Origin: a virus
IMG/VR virus record: IMGVR_UViG_3300025229_000020
Coordinates: 1-63,082 of that record
Reading direction: 5' to 3' (one strand)
DNA: 63,082 nt
Shown here: one piece after another, positions 44,460-55,092 of the stretch
Layout of the letters: each line of letters opens with the position of its first letter
How positions within the stretch are numbered: the stretch's first letter is position 1
Notes under the pieces: generated by a model
Databases searched by the model: none
What the model was told of the DNA's origin: nothing
The model's input: the letters and a program-made list of their open reading frames with translations, nothing else
Position numbers and translations under genes: made by a program

Positions 44460-44475
44460 TTTGGAGGTGAATATT

Positions 44476-47409
44476 GTGGGTACTATTTTGGACATTGCGA
44501 TTGCTTTAAGTTTGACTGATCGCGTGAGTAGTGGTGTGAATAGCATCATTAAGCAGTTCGGTTTGATGAAGGGCGCCACCGATGAAGTTCAGAAAAAGAT
44601 GGAGTCGTTTAAAACGATGGCCTGGACAGGTGGAGCGTTTGCTGCAGGCGGAGCATTAGCAATGACTGCCATAGGTAATGCTGCTTCTGATGCAATGCAC
44701 AGGGCAGGTAATCTCCAAGAAATTATGACGGAGATTCGATCGCAAACTTTCGGGACAGATTTGTTTGACCCAAGCAAAGCAGATGAAATCGCAGAAAAAA
44801 TGCGAGTCATTGAAAATCTGTCCAATCGCCTTGGTTTAGAGACTACATTTTCCAACCTTGATGCCGGAATGGTTATTACTGATCTGCAAAAGGGTGGCAT
44901 CCAGTACCTAGACATCATCAATGGAGCAGCTGAAGCTACAATCAAATTCGCACAGCTTAACAAAATGGCCCCGTCAGCAGCAGCGGAACTTATGGTGCAA
45001 ACGAGGGCAGGCTTTCAGTTAATCGGTGAACAGATGTTAGGGGCAGCTGACATCATCACGAAGGTGGCTGCTGCATCGAGTGCAAACTCGGAAGACATCA
45101 ACCGTGGACTTGGGAACATGGCTGGGGTTGCTACTCAAATGTGGGGAACAAGGGATAAGTATCAACAGGTTATGGATTCATCGGCCCTTGTTGCGCTCAC
45201 AAGAACCCAGACGGCGGAAGGATCAAGTGCTGGTACGTATGTAAGAAACTTCTTGCAACGATTGGTTCCACAAACCAAGCGGCAAACGGATATGATGGCC
45301 GAAGTCGGATGGCTGGACAGTGCAGGAAGGTCCGTATTCCTGGACTACGACATAGATCCGCGTGGTCAGTTAAAATCCGCCTTAGATATTGCCCAAATAT
45401 TACGTAAGACAGTCGCCGGCGGGACTCTGATTATGGACGAAAAAGAAATTGAGCGTCAATTTGAACTAGCTCAAAATGGAATGGGAACAGATACACTCGT
45501 CAAGCTTTTCCATAAGGTTTTTGGAGAACAAGGAGGACGAGCGGCTTATACACTCCTGAGAACTGGTGAAGGCTCACTAGAAGAAATAATGTCAGGTGTA
45601 GATAACCAGCTATCGCTGGTAGATCGCGTGCGTTTTCAAATGGAGAATTACAACCAGGTACTGGACACAGCGCGAGAAGCATGGAACACATTCATGACAG
45701 CACTTGGATCGCCATTACTTGAATCAGGAACTAAATTTTTCGCCGAAATTAACAACCAATTGGGACGAGCAGCCGAGTTCTTTCAGGAGCACCCACAAGT
45801 CAGTAAATATATGTTTGCAATTGCTGGTATAGGGAGTGCGCTTGTAACGGTTGCCGGTACTGCATTGGTCGGGGTCGCAGCTTTTGGGGCATTAAGAACA
45901 GGACTTGAAGCAGCACAAATTGGAATGAGCACAGTTATTAGAGCTTCACTTGGAGCCTCACTGGGAATTACTGCCCTGGCAGGAGCAGCATACCTCATCT
46001 ACGAAAACTGGGATTCGATCGAGCCATATGCAAAGGCAGTCTGGAATGGCGTCAAAAACGCAGCAGCACCCGTTGTCGATTGGTATCAAGCCAATGTTGC
46101 TCCGGTTTTTGCGGCTGTCGCTGACGAAACCGTGTACCAGCTTGAAAGACTCGGTAGCTGGCTCAGTACCAACAAAACGCAAATCGAGCAGTTTTTCGGT
46201 TTTTATCGTCAGCAGGTGCGTGACGGCAACGATCCAGAAGCCTATGAGTCCCTCGTATGGAAAGCGCCAAACTGGATGGCTCCTTTAATGGGAGCGGGCC
46301 AAATGGTGCTCACTACAGCAAAAGCCGTCCGTGAGCATTGGAGTATTATTTCTCCGATTGTACAGGGTGTTGCTTATGGCGTACTGACCTATAAAACGTA
46401 CATCGTCGCAGCTGAAATCGTAACCAAAACCATTACAGTATCTACGAAAGCATGGGGGATTGCCATCGGCATCGTGAATACAGCAACCAAATTGTGGTCT
46501 GTCTCTCAGTGGGGGTTAAACGCTGCTATGTCAGCGAATCCAATTGGATTGGTTATTGCCGGTGTAACTGCTCTCACCGTGGGAACATATCTCCTTATTA
46601 AAAACTGGGATGAAATCTCCCGGAAAACAGTAGAGTTAACGGAGAACATGGGCGCCTTTAGTGGCGTTCTCTATGCAATTCCTCTTGTCGGTGTTTTTGT
46701 CAGTGCATCCCACCTTTATCAAAAATGGGAACAGATCGTACTTGTTACTCAAAAATCAACTGTGACTTTACAGAAGCTAGGGTATGAAGGGTTCCTATTT
46801 ATAGCGAGCCTGATTAAGACAAGGGTAATGCCGATTGTAACAGCTCTATTAACCGTCTTTGATAAGATAGCCGGCACAAATTACGCAGGTGAATTACAAA
46901 ATCAATTTAATGCGATGGTTAGTAGTGCTGAAAGTAGCCTGAATAGACTAACCGACCAGAAGTACCGGATTGAAATAGAGCAGCAGGTCTTAGAAATCAA
47001 CAAAGATTCGACCTTGTCACTCCAGGAGAAGGCACAGATGGTTCGTGACATTCGAATCAATGGATCCCACCGAAGCGGCCTTCCTTATGTACCGTTCGAC
47101 GGTTACATTGCAGAGCTGCATGAGGGGGAAATGGTTTTAGACCGAAACAAAGCAAATGCTGTCAGAAACAATGATTATGCTACTGGCAGAGCGGTTCGAC
47201 CATCTTCTAGTTACGGTGGTAATGGAGTGGTTATTCAAAACGGCGGTTCCTTGGTTAAAGTCGAAGCCCATCAGCAACCCGGAGAGGATCAGGAAGCATT
47301 TGCAAACCGAGTGGCAGATAAAGCAGCCAAAAAGACCCTTGCTGAATTGCGCAGGAATAACAAAAAAGGCAGACTGACGGTTGGTAGTATCGGAGGAGGA
47401 ATAGACTGA
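44476..47409 (+). CDS. Tail tape measure protein
   Basis: About 977 aa; GTG after GGAGGTG (the track starts at 44461); Ala/Gly-rich hydrophobic central segments; position. Confidence 0.85.
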   Translation: MGTILDIAIALSLTDRVSSGVNSIIKQFGLMKGATDEVQKKMESFKTMAWTGGAFAAGGALAMTAIGNAASDAMHRAGNLQEIMTEIRSQTFGTDLFDPSKADEIAEKMRVIENLSNRLGLETTFSNLDAGMVITDLQKGGIQYLDIINGAAEATIKFAQLNKMAPSAAAELMVQTRAGFQLIGEQMLGAADIITKVAAASSANSEDINRGLGNMAGVATQMWGTRDKYQQVMDSSALVALTRTQTAEGSSAGTYVRNFLQRLVPQTKRQTDMMAEVGWLDSAGRSVFLDYDIDPRGQLKSALDIAQILRKTVAGGTLIMDEKEIERQFELAQNGMGTDTLVKLFHKVFGEQGGRAAYTLLRTGEGSLEEIMSGVDNQLSLVDRVRFQMENYNQVLDTAREAWNTFMTALGSPLLESGTKFFAEINNQLGRAAEFFQEHPQVSKYMFAIAGIGSALVTVAGTALVGVAAFGALRTGLEAAQIGMSTVIRASLGASLGITALAGAAYLIYENWDSIEPYAKAVWNGVKNAAAPVVDWYQANVAPVFAAVADETVYQLERLGSWLSTNKTQIEQFFGFYRQQVRDGNDPEAYESLVWKAPNWMAPLMGAGQMVLTTAKAVREHWSIISPIVQGVAYGVLTYKTYIVAAEIVTKTITVSTKAWGIAIGIVNTATKLWSVSQWGLNAAMSANPIGLVIAGVTALTVGTYLLIKNWDEISRKTVELTENMGAFSGVLYAIPLVGVFVSASHLYQKWEQIVLVTQKSTVTLQKLGYEGFLFIASLIKTRVMPIVTALLTVFDKIAGTNYAGELQNQFNAMVSSAESSLNRLTDQKYRIEIEQQVLEINKDSTLSLQEKAQMVRDIRINGSHRSGLPYVPFDGYIAELHEGEMVLDRNKANAVRNNDYATGRAVRPSSSYGGNGVVIQNGGSLVKVEAHQQPGEDQEAFANRVADKAAKKTLAELRRNNKKGRLTVGSIGGGID

Positions 47410-48005
47410 TGCGTGTATCTCTCGGTGGAATTGTTCTTCGTGACTTCGAAAAGCCAGATGTGGCAAACCTTGGCGGGGAGACATTCTTTGCGATCCGGAA
47501 GTTCCCCGGAGGAGCGCGTTCAGTTCAATACATGGGAGCAGACTACCGCCCTATAACCTGGAGCGGTTTTTTTATTGGCCAAGATGCTTATCAGCGTATG
47601 CTGCAAGTCGGAAACTTGAGGACGGCAGGAAAACCCATCCAATTCACAACAGATTTGTTCAATTTTCCTGTCGTCATCAAAGAATTTCTACCCGACGTGA
47701 AAACTGACAAGAGAATTCCTTTCACAATCACACTGGAGCGGGTATTTGATTTAAAAGCGGGCAGTCCTGGTCAAGCAGACTCCATCGATAAAGCAGCTCA
47801 AGCAATAGCTCAGTCCTCTACATCTTCGGCAGCTTCAACTGAGACAACGCATGTCGTCCAATCTGGTGACACCTTATCCAAGATTGCTGCCAGGTACAAA
47901 CACGACCCGAATAAATGGCCGGAAATCGCAGGAAATCCAAAAAATCAGCAAGCCCTAAAAGATGGTCCGCATAGGCTCCAGATCGGAGTGAAGCTGTATG
48001 TTTGA
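47409..48005 (+). CDS. LysM-domain tail protein (XkdP-like position)
   Basis: C-terminal LysM HVVQSGDTLSKIAARY...LQIGVKLYV. Confidence 0.75.
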   Translation: MRVSLGGIVLRDFEKPDVANLGGETFFAIRKFPGGARSVQYMGADYRPITWSGFFIGQDAYQRMLQVGNLRTAGKPIQFTTDLFNFPVVIKEFLPDVKTDKRIPFTITLERVFDLKAGSPGQADSIDKAAQAIAQSSTSSAASTETTHVVQSGDTLSKIAARYKHDPNKWPEIAGNPKNQQALKDGPHRLQIGVKLYV

Positions 48006-49137
48006 TAAAGTCAGCAAGTCAGGACCATTCCGAGGGTACGGCCGGCCTATTGTGAATATCACGATAAACGGGGTCAAGGTGCAAAATTGGATTTCTTTCC
48101 AAGTCGAGCAAAATGGACTCGGTGCCGTCGATTCTTTCGACGTGAAGCTGCCCTGGGAAGTCACGGATACGCCGAGTGATCCTTTGCTTTACAGCGGTAG
48201 CTCAAAATCTGCTGACTTGGTTTTTGGCACGGCAAAAGTTCGCATCGAAGCTGGATTTGAAGGGGAAGGGGAGCCGGATCTCCTCATTGAGGGCGACATG
48301 GATTATCCTGTATGGAACTTCGACGACACTGAGGGAGAGGTCGTCACTTTATACGGACGTTCCTATGCAGCGAAACCTTTCGACTTTAAAGAGAGCGTAA
48401 AAATGCAGAACTTGACCAGTACGGCGGCCTTTAAGCAGCTCGCGTTGCTTCATGGTCTTAAACCAGTTGTGCCAATCGAGTCAGAAGCCCTGGTCGGGGA
48501 GTACCTGAATGAAGATCATGCCAATGTGAACAGAGAGGTTTCTCACTGGGATCTGTCCCTGTATCTGGCTCAGAATGATGGTTTCACGACAAAGGTTCGT
48601 GGAACTGAGTGGTATTATGGCCCTCGTGAAATGCTTCCCAATTATAAAAAGGATCCCATTCCATTTACATGGGGGCACAACATCGTTTCAGGTCTCCAGA
48701 TAGAACGAGCCCCCAATGCTGCTCGAAATCTGGTTGTCGAAGTCATTTCGTATATTCCAGGAGGGGTTAAAACAAGCGGAGCGGGACAGAAAAAGGGGCA
48801 AAGAATTGTAGAAAAGGCGTCGTTTGCCGGATCGTCTTTTGGACACAAATATGTGATGAGGTACTATTTTCCCGGAATAACACGTGATGAAGCTCAACGT
48901 CGGGCAAGAAGCATTTTGCAAGAATTGTCCCGACAACAAATTTACGGAAGCTTTCCAACGGATTTCTTCCCTGGCTTGTCCAACGACAGGCGTATTGCAT
49001 TGTATGGTGTCGGTCAAGGGCTGTCTCAGATTTACTTCACCCCCAAAATTGTGATTGCGGGCTCCAGGGATGAAGGTCTGACTGCGGAAGTGACATTTAC
49101 AAATCTACCAATTGAGGAGGGGGGCAGATTCGGTTGA
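47998..49137 (+). CDS. Baseplate hub / late-control-D-like protein (XkdQ-like position)
   Basis: 379 aa; synteny with PBSX-type tails. Confidence 0.5.
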   Translation: MFDKVSKSGPFRGYGRPIVNITINGVKVQNWISFQVEQNGLGAVDSFDVKLPWEVTDTPSDPLLYSGSSKSADLVFGTAKVRIEAGFEGEGEPDLLIEGDMDYPVWNFDDTEGEVVTLYGRSYAAKPFDFKESVKMQNLTSTAAFKQLALLHGLKPVVPIESEALVGEYLNEDHANVNREVSHWDLSLYLAQNDGFTTKVRGTEWYYGPREMLPNYKKDPIPFTWGHNIVSGLQIERAPNAARNLVVEVISYIPGGVKTSGAGQKKGQRIVEKASFAGSSFGHKYVMRYYFPGITRDEAQRRARSILQELSRQQIYGSFPTDFFPGLSNDRRIALYGVGQGLSQIYFTPKIVIAGSRDEGLTAEVTFTNLPIEEGGRFG

Positions 49138-49454
49138 GCCTCTTTGCTGAAAATAAAATGGAGTTTGCAGGGATGCTACCAGTATCCCCGTTTTCGTTTG
49201 GTACAGTCGTCTCTGTCGACTCGACTGAAAGGCTTGTCAAAGTTGAGCTTGAACCATGGGGGAAAGAGTCAGGCTGGTGCAGGTGCTTGAAAGATACATT
49301 TTACCCGATCCCAGCCGGCGATGGCTTCTATGAACCTAAGTTTCCGTACAAAGAGGGTCAGGAAGTACTCCTGGCTTATATCCATGGAGCTAACGGATCC
49401 GGTCAATACGTTGTCCTTGGGCTTCTCGATCAAGGGGAGGTATCACAACAATGA
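49134..49454 (+). CDS. Baseplate spike/gpV-like small OB protein
   Basis: FGTVVSVDSTERLVKVELEPWGKESGWCRCL; synteny. Confidence 0.45.
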   Translation: MSLFAENKMEFAGMLPVSPFSFGTVVSVDSTERLVKVELEPWGKESGWCRCLKDTFYPIPAGDGFYEPKFPYKEGQEVLLAYIHGANGSGQYVVLGLLDQGEVSQQ

Positions 49455-49864
49455 ATTTTGGTGCAGATATCCTTGTCATAAATGGAGAAATCATGTGGAG
49501 CGGTGACACTCTGGCTACTGTAAGCGAATTGGAAAACGTAAATCAACAAAGTTATTTTCGATGCATCACCGACCTTGGAGAGAGCGAGTTTTTTAACTAT
49601 TATGGTGGCCGTCTTCAATCTGAGATCAGCAAGCCATACACTTCGGCAAACAAGAAGTCAGCAGAGGCAGAAGCCCGAGATATATTGTTGCGCGTTGGTG
49701 ACGAGAATGGCCCTGGATGGATAGAAGAGGTTATTGACTGTCAACTGAAGCTTGAAACCGTTGATGGGCAACAAGTCAAGGTTTTGTATGCCAAGTACAG
49801 GGCGAGAGATGTGGAAGGAATCGTAGATTCCACATTCGTCTTGGGAGGTGGATCAAATGTTTAA
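49451..49864 (+). CDS. Baseplate wedge (gp25/W-like, XkdS-like position)
   Basis: 137 aa; synteny. Confidence 0.4.
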   Translation: MNFGADILVINGEIMWSGDTLATVSELENVNQQSYFRCITDLGESEFFNYYGGRLQSEISKPYTSANKKSAEAEARDILLRVGDENGPGWIEEVIDCQLKLETVDGQQVKVLYAKYRARDVEGIVDSTFVLGGGSNV

Positions 49865-50978
49865 CTGGCCAACTAAAGATGAACTGACTCAGACATTTGT
49901 AAAATATATTGTAGGACCAAACAAAACTATTGATGATCTTCAGAATCAATGGGTGATAAAACATTTGATCTTGGGCCTGCGTGAGGCCACCTATATGGTT
50001 GTGGTTGTCCTCAAAATGGTTTACGACAACCTAACCGTTTTAACGGCGTCGGGAGAAAAGTTGGAGGAGTTGGGTGACGAATACGACGTCAAGCGGAAGC
50101 CTGCTAGTAAAGCGATATACTCCGTGACGATCGGAAAAAGCTCTGTAGTTTCTACAGATACACCTGTTCCAGATAATTTCTTGGTCACTACTACGCCCGT
50201 TGGAAGCGATCCACCCATTCAGTACCGTGTAGTGCCCGGCCAAAACAAGAAGATCCTCTACGGAAGCAGGTCTGTGAGTAATGTTTTGGTTGAATGTACA
50301 GAAGAGGGAGAAAGAGGCAATGTCCCGACTGGTGCAATTAATCTGGTAGCTCAAGCTGGATTTGATTTTGTGTCAGATGCCATCGTTTATAAAGCTGGCT
50401 CGGATATAGAAGACACCGAAATTTACCGCCAACGCATTCTCGATCGGAAACGTAATCCCGGCAAAGGCGGAACTGCTGCAGATTACAAGTTTTGGGCCGA
50501 AACAGTCCCTGGTGTTGTGTCTGCACTTGTCATCCCGTTAAACCGTGGAAAAGGGACAGTCGATATCGTGATAACAGGCATAAATGGAGTGCCAGACCAA
50601 ACAGTGATTGATGAATGCCAAAATCTTATCGATACAAAGACACCTGCAGGTCTGGCTGATGGCGGAGTCAAAGTACTTGGTCCAACTCCTGTAACGATAG
50701 ACGTGACCCTGCAAAAAATCACATGGGCTCCGGGTTACTCCGCAGACAATGGCACGCAATTCGTCATTGATGCTATAACCTCATACATCGAGAAACGAGC
50801 CAATTCTGAGCGAATTGTCCGTGTGATCGACCTGCTAACCACAACCAAGCAAACGTATGACCCGCAGGATCCGTCCAAGACACCTGTTCTGGTCGATTTT
50901 GAAATGTCCGTTCCAACGACCAACTACACACTGAAAAGCACCGAAATGGCAGTTGTTGGCCAAATCATCATCACATAG
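49857..50978 (+). CDS. Baseplate J-like protein
   Basis: GKGGTAADYKFWAETVPGVVSALVIPLNRGKGTVDIVI is a typical Baseplate_J motif; RBS GGAGGTGG. Confidence 0.75.
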   Translation: MFNWPTKDELTQTFVKYIVGPNKTIDDLQNQWVIKHLILGLREATYMVVVVLKMVYDNLTVLTASGEKLEELGDEYDVKRKPASKAIYSVTIGKSSVVSTDTPVPDNFLVTTTPVGSDPPIQYRVVPGQNKKILYGSRSVSNVLVECTEEGERGNVPTGAINLVAQAGFDFVSDAIVYKAGSDIEDTEIYRQRILDRKRNPGKGGTAADYKFWAETVPGVVSALVIPLNRGKGTVDIVITGINGVPDQTVIDECQNLIDTKTPAGLADGGVKVLGPTPVTIDVTLQKITWAPGYSADNGTQFVIDAITSYIEKRANSERIVRVIDLLTTTKQTYDPQDPSKTPVLVDFEMSVPTTNYTLKSTEMAVVGQIIIT

Positions 50979-50986
50979 GAGGGGGA

Positions 50987-51565
50987 TTGAAATTGGGATT
51001 CAAGGAGTTTCTTTTTAATTTCATCCCTCACCGATGGCTAGACCCTGAAAAGCAAGGCACCATCAGACTGTTCGAGGGGCTCGGCAAGGCTCTTGATTAC
51101 GTCATGGGCATGACTGATATGGTCAAGTCAGAATCGCGCGTAAAAACGGCTTTAAATTCGTTAGGTGCAAGAGAGCTGGAACACGGTCTCCCTGTTGATC
51201 AAATGTTAGATCCAGAGACCAGGCGAAAAAGAATCCTAGCGAAGAAAAGGGAGCAAGGTGGTCCTGTTAATACCCAAGACTTCGAAGCGGCATTGGCACT
51301 GTTTGTAGGTGGTACAGCGAAGATCATACCTGACCACAGCAATTACTTTGTTTTGTACCGGTTAGAATCTACAACGGAGTCTGTTAATTTGACGGTTATC
51401 GAAGAGTATGTAAAAGACAATAAGCTTGCTCATCTAGCACATGCCTACTCATTGTCAGGATCAGGTAGTAAAGTGGAATATAGCACTCCGTCAGATCCGA
51501 TCATTCAGATAAACGCTTATCAAGTGTGCGGGACCTTCTCAGCTGGGGGTGAGTACGAATTATGA
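50987..51565 (+). CDS. Baseplate/tail protein (XkdU/DUF2313-like position)
   Basis: Synteny; the start may be TTG 50993. Confidence 0.45.
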   Translation: MKLGFKEFLFNFIPHRWLDPEKQGTIRLFEGLGKALDYVMGMTDMVKSESRVKTALNSLGARELEHGLPVDQMLDPETRRKRILAKKREQGGPVNTQDFEAALALFVGGTAKIIPDHSNYFVLYRLESTTESVNLTVIEEYVKDNKLAHLAHAYSLSGSGSKVEYSTPSDPIIQINAYQVCGTFSAGGEYEL

Positions 51566-51864
51566 TGACACAGTATGCTATTGAAGAACAGGCGAAGCAC
51601 TTGGAGAAACTGTTCGACAATGCAGAGATCGAAATTAACGGTTCCATAATGCCAGTCAGCCTCACCAGCAGCCGAGAGGGTAGCAAGGTGAGGTTTTTTA
51701 TTGACGTCCCGGCAGAAGTGGTCGGACGGATTACTAGACGGTTTATCAAGAATGCAAGCGGGCAGATGTGCTGGTCAGATCCTATTGGAAAGTTGGACAT
51801 TTCTAAGCCTGACACTGATTTACGTATGGAGATTCCAATCGAAGCAACCTGGAAGGAGGTGTAG
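51562..51864 (+). CDS. Hypothetical tail-associated protein
   Basis: 100 aa; ATGA coupling. Confidence 0.45.
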   Translation: MMTQYAIEEQAKHLEKLFDNAEIEINGSIMPVSLTSSREGSKVRFFIDVPAEVVGRITRRFIKNASGQMCWSDPIGKLDISKPDTDLRMEIPIEATWKEV

Positions 51865-51866
51865 CT

Positions 51867-52223
51867 ATGCTGCAAAAGTTCTCTGATCGCAGATACAATC
51901 TTGGCCAAGAAAAGCAATACCTGCTGAAACGGGCAGACGGGTCTACGGAGATTGTAGAACTGGAAAAGCAGGGTATAGCGGAAGAAGGAAGCAGAGTCAG
52001 TGCAGCCGCCCTCAATCCTATTGTCGATCATGTAAACGATCCAAGCATACACGTTCCACAAGCGAAAGTAGCTGCGCTAGAAACTCGTATACAAGCCCTG
52101 GAAGACGCTGTTCTGAATGACTTTAGCCACAATCTTTTCAGAGTGTCATTCGCCAATCCTGTTGGTGTGAACATCAAGCGCGGCTGGTTTGATCCTACCA
52201 ATGCAAGGCTGGTGATCAAGTGA
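51867..52223 (+). CDS. Hypothetical tail-fibre-associated protein
   Basis: 118 aa; RBS GGAGGTG. Confidence 0.45.
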   Translation: MLQKFSDRRYNLGQEKQYLLKRADGSTEIVELEKQGIAEEGSRVSAAALNPIVDHVNDPSIHVPQAKVAALETRIQALEDAVLNDFSHNLFRVSFANPVGVNIKRGWFDPTNARLVIK

Positions 52224-52280
52224 TGGAATTAACAGGAATCAGTCGAAATAACGGCCATTTGCGGAAGGGAGGAAAGCGAT

Positions 52281-53996
52281 TTGGGACAAGTTTTTACCTT
52301 TAACTATAACGGCACTAATGGCAATGACGGTTCTGTACAGACGTGGGTTGTTCCAAACGGGGTCACCGAAATTTTAGTCGATGCTCGCGGAGCACAAGGC
52401 GGCACGATCACAGCTACAAATATAAACAACGGAGGAAGGGCGTCGGGAGTCATTCCTGTCTCTCCCGGAGAGACGTTGTGGATATACGTTGGCGGCATGG
52501 GCAGGGGGAACGTCGCTACAGCTAGCACAGGAGGGTTTAACGGAGGTGGCGCAGCCGGAAATGCAGACAGCTACTCAACAGGAGGTGGCGGCGCCACTGA
52601 TTTGCGACGCGGAGGAGCGGACTTGGCTAACCGAGTTGTCGTAGCTGGCGGTGGAGGCGGAAGCACAAAAGGTTCCGCTTATAATTATTACGGGGGTGCT
52701 GGAGGCGGCTTAGTGGGCGGGAACGGCCAAACTTACCCAACTTCGCGAGAGTCTGCAGGCGGCACTCAAACGAATGCAGGCAGACCTGGGGGTGGGAATC
52801 CAGATGGATCTTATGGAGGATTAGGTGTAGGCGGCGCTGGCGGTAGAAAAACAAGCACCTATGGTTCTGGTGGGGGCGGTGGCGGCGGTTATTACGGCGG
52901 TGGCGGAGGAGGCGCTTTAGATTCTTTCCCCGGTGGCGGTGGAGCTGGCGGATCTGGATTCGTAATCTCAACAGCTAGAAATATCGTTCACGAAACTGGT
53001 GTAAATAGTGGACATGGCGTTTTGACAATTACATTACTTAACGCACCTCCTACACTCACGCTCACCTCTCCCACCGATAATCAAACATTAACGGAAGGCA
53101 GCAGTTATCCGGTAGAGGGAAGCGCGACAGACGCGGATGCTGGTAATGTCGTCACTGCAAAATATCAGATCAATAACGGACCAGTAAGGGCGTTGCAATC
53201 CGGAGTGTCAGACGGGAGCACGCCTATTTCTTTTGCCAGAACCCTTGCGTATCGAAACAAACTGATCTGGGACGGCTCAACAGACGTCATCGGAGCGGAT
53301 CTGGCAGAGAACACCGACCACTTCTTAAGAGTCTGGGCAGAAGATGACCAAGGTGGGAAGAGCGCGGAGGTCACGAGGAAGTTTCAGGTCACATGGAACA
53401 GACCGCCAGTCATCAGCGGAGAGAACGGTGACCTTGGAATTCATGAGTCGGCCCCAAATGTCACATACAGCGTAACCGATCCAGAAGGTGATCCTTTTAC
53501 GGTTGTCGAGAAGATCAACGGGATCGAGCTGCGGTCGTTTCCGGGCGTAGGTGGACGACAGGAACGCTTTGAAATCTCACTCGATACCTGGCTAAAGTTG
53601 GAGCCTGGCGTACAACACACACTCAGTATTGAGGCGACCGACAACAAAGGAGCCAAGTCCGTACGCACGTACACGGTGACAAGGCTTGAAAATGAAATCA
53701 GCTTCGAGATCGAATCACCATGGCCAACAGATGTAGCTGCCAAGCGTGTACTCCTGACGTTGGACATGACACTTCCTGCAGGCGCTGAACTGGTTGCTGA
53801 AGCATGTAACAATGCTTTTGATGCTAACCCAGCATGGGAAGACATTTCCTTTTACGCTCGCTACGGACGCGGATACGTGTTCCAGAACGCCCAGAAGACA
53901 GCTGCACAGTGGGGGGTAAGTATTCGTGTTCGGATCCAGAAAGGAACTGCGACTGAACCTGTAGAGGTAAAGGGGTTTGGAGGTGCATTTGATTGA
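52281..53996 (+). CDS. Glycine-rich tail fibre / receptor-binding protein
   Basis: 571 aa. N-terminal Gly-rich domain (GGGGATDLRRGG..., GGGGGGGYYGGGGGG) followed by Ig-like repeats (TLTSPTDNQTLTEGSSYPVEGSATDAD). TTG after AAGGGAGG. Confidence 0.65.
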   Translation: MGQVFTFNYNGTNGNDGSVQTWVVPNGVTEILVDARGAQGGTITATNINNGGRASGVIPVSPGETLWIYVGGMGRGNVATASTGGFNGGGAAGNADSYSTGGGGATDLRRGGADLANRVVVAGGGGGSTKGSAYNYYGGAGGGLVGGNGQTYPTSRESAGGTQTNAGRPGGGNPDGSYGGLGVGGAGGRKTSTYGSGGGGGGGYYGGGGGGALDSFPGGGGAGGSGFVISTARNIVHETGVNSGHGVLTITLLNAPPTLTLTSPTDNQTLTEGSSYPVEGSATDADAGNVVTAKYQINNGPVRALQSGVSDGSTPISFARTLAYRNKLIWDGSTDVIGADLAENTDHFLRVWAEDDQGGKSAEVTRKFQVTWNRPPVISGENGDLGIHESAPNVTYSVTDPEGDPFTVVEKINGIELRSFPGVGGRQERFEISLDTWLKLEPGVQHTLSIEATDNKGAKSVRTYTVTRLENEISFEIESPWPTDVAAKRVLLTLDMTLPAGAELVAEACNNAFDANPAWEDISFYARYGRGYVFQNAQKTAAQWGVSIRVRIQKGTATEPVEVKGFGGAFD

Positions 53997-54238
53997 TACC
54001 ACTCGAAAAAGAAAAACCAGTCAGCCAAGCTCAAGAGGAACGGGCTGCAGAAGCAAAGCGGAAAGCTGCTATCCCCCAGCTGGAGCAGGATTCTATCTTC
54101 AGCATGATCGCTTTAACAGAGTTGTACGAAAAAACGGATTCAGAGACCCTCTTGTTAATGCAAGTGATAACAGAACTCTTTGAAAAAAATCTTGAACTGG
54201 AAGCACGAATTGCCAGACTCGAAGGAGGAACATCATAG
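53993..54238 (+). CDS. Coiled-coil hypothetical protein
   Basis: 81 aa; RBS GGAGGTG. Confidence 0.5.
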   Translation: MIPLEKEKPVSQAQEERAAEAKRKAAIPQLEQDSIFSMIALTELYEKTDSETLLLMQVITELFEKNLELEARIARLEGGTS

Positions 54239-54348
54239 TGGCCCACATTTACTACAGATTGATCAAAGAAGGGATGAAGACGATTGAACAAGTCCCTGCA
54301 AACCTTCGTAATGAAGTGCAAGCGCTACTGGACGCAGAAACTGCGTAA
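54238..54348 (+). CDS. XkdX-like 36-aa protein
   Basis: VAHIYYRLIKEGMKTIEQVPANLRNEVQALL; GTG after GAAGGAGG; typical small gene between the fibre gene and the lysis genes. Confidence 0.45.
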   Translation: MAHIYYRLIKEGMKTIEQVPANLRNEVQALLDAETA

Positions 54349-54397
54349 CCTAGCGCTTTTTTTATGCCTTTGGGCATGGAAAGGAGGTGAGGATGTC

Positions 54398-54523
54398 ATG
54401 GCAACGATCTACGTAACGCTCATTGTCCGCGGCTACAAAACCTATGCTGAAGTTCCGGATCTGCTGAAACCGGAGGTAAAACGTCAGCTTGAAGCACTGG
54501 AACTTGGCCAATTGGCTGAGTAA
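54398..54523 (+). CDS. XkdX-like 41-aa protein
   Basis: MATIYVTLIVRGYKTYAEVPDLLKPEVKRQL; RBS AAAGGAGGTGAGG. Confidence 0.5.
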   Translation: MATIYVTLIVRGYKTYAEVPDLLKPEVKRQLEALELGQLAE

Positions 54524-54532
54524 AGGAAAAGA

Positions 54533-54563
54533 GGGGAGCTCTATGTAGCTCCCCGATCCTTTT
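54533..54563 (+). terminator. Hairpin terminator
   Basis: GGGGAGCT-ctatgt-AGCTCCCC followed by gatcCTTTT. Confidence 0.6.
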
Positions 54564-54582
54564 ACGAGAGAAGGCGAAAATC

Positions 54583-55092
54583 ATGAAAGAGTGGGTATCT
54601 TCAGGAGCATTAGGCACTGTAGGGGCATTTTTCCTTTCAGTGTTTCACTATCTGTATGGAGAAGGACCTGCTCGTTATCTTGCAATCACTCTGTATTTTC
54701 TTCTGATTTTCATGGATTGGCTCGCAGGATATCGGGCTTCAAAAATAGATGGCTCCTATGCCTCTGAGTACGGAATTGATGGAGGATTTAGGACAGCTTT
54801 TATCATCCTCATGCCTGCGATCGGACATCTTGCAGATAGCATCATGGGCACCCCCGGTGTTGCATTTGGATTCCTAACTGCTGCTTTTGGGTTACACATT
54901 TGGAAAAGCATGACGGCCAATGCCATTCGAGCTGGATGGGAAAAGTGGGTGCCAGGTTGGGCGATGATTCAGGTAGCAGAGGAGCTTGAACATAAAATTT
55001 CGAGAGCAGTTAAACGCAAAGCAGAAAAAGAAAAGTACTTAGGAGGAAATGAGGATGTCGCCAAAGATCACGGAAATGTTCCTGACCAATAA
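54583..55092 (+). CDS. Holin (phage_holin_4-like)
   Basis: Multiple TM segments; LIFMDWLAGYRASK...GFRTAFIILMPAIGHLAD; lies directly upstream of the amidase gene. Confidence 0.75.
   Translation: MKEWVSSGALGTVGAFFLSVFHYLYGEGPARYLAITLYFLLIFMDWLAGYRASKIDGSYASEYGIDGGFRTAFIILMPAIGHLADSIMGTPGVAFGFLTAAFGLHIWKSMTANAIRAGWEKWVPGWAMIQVAEELEHKISRAVKRKAEKEKYLGGNEDVAKDHGNVPDQ

Noticed and set aside
52627-52971. Minus-strand 114-aa ORF rich in Arg/His/Leu
   Set aside because: It is the antisense reading of the GGN-rich glycine domain of the tail fibre gene, that is a low-complexity artefact.
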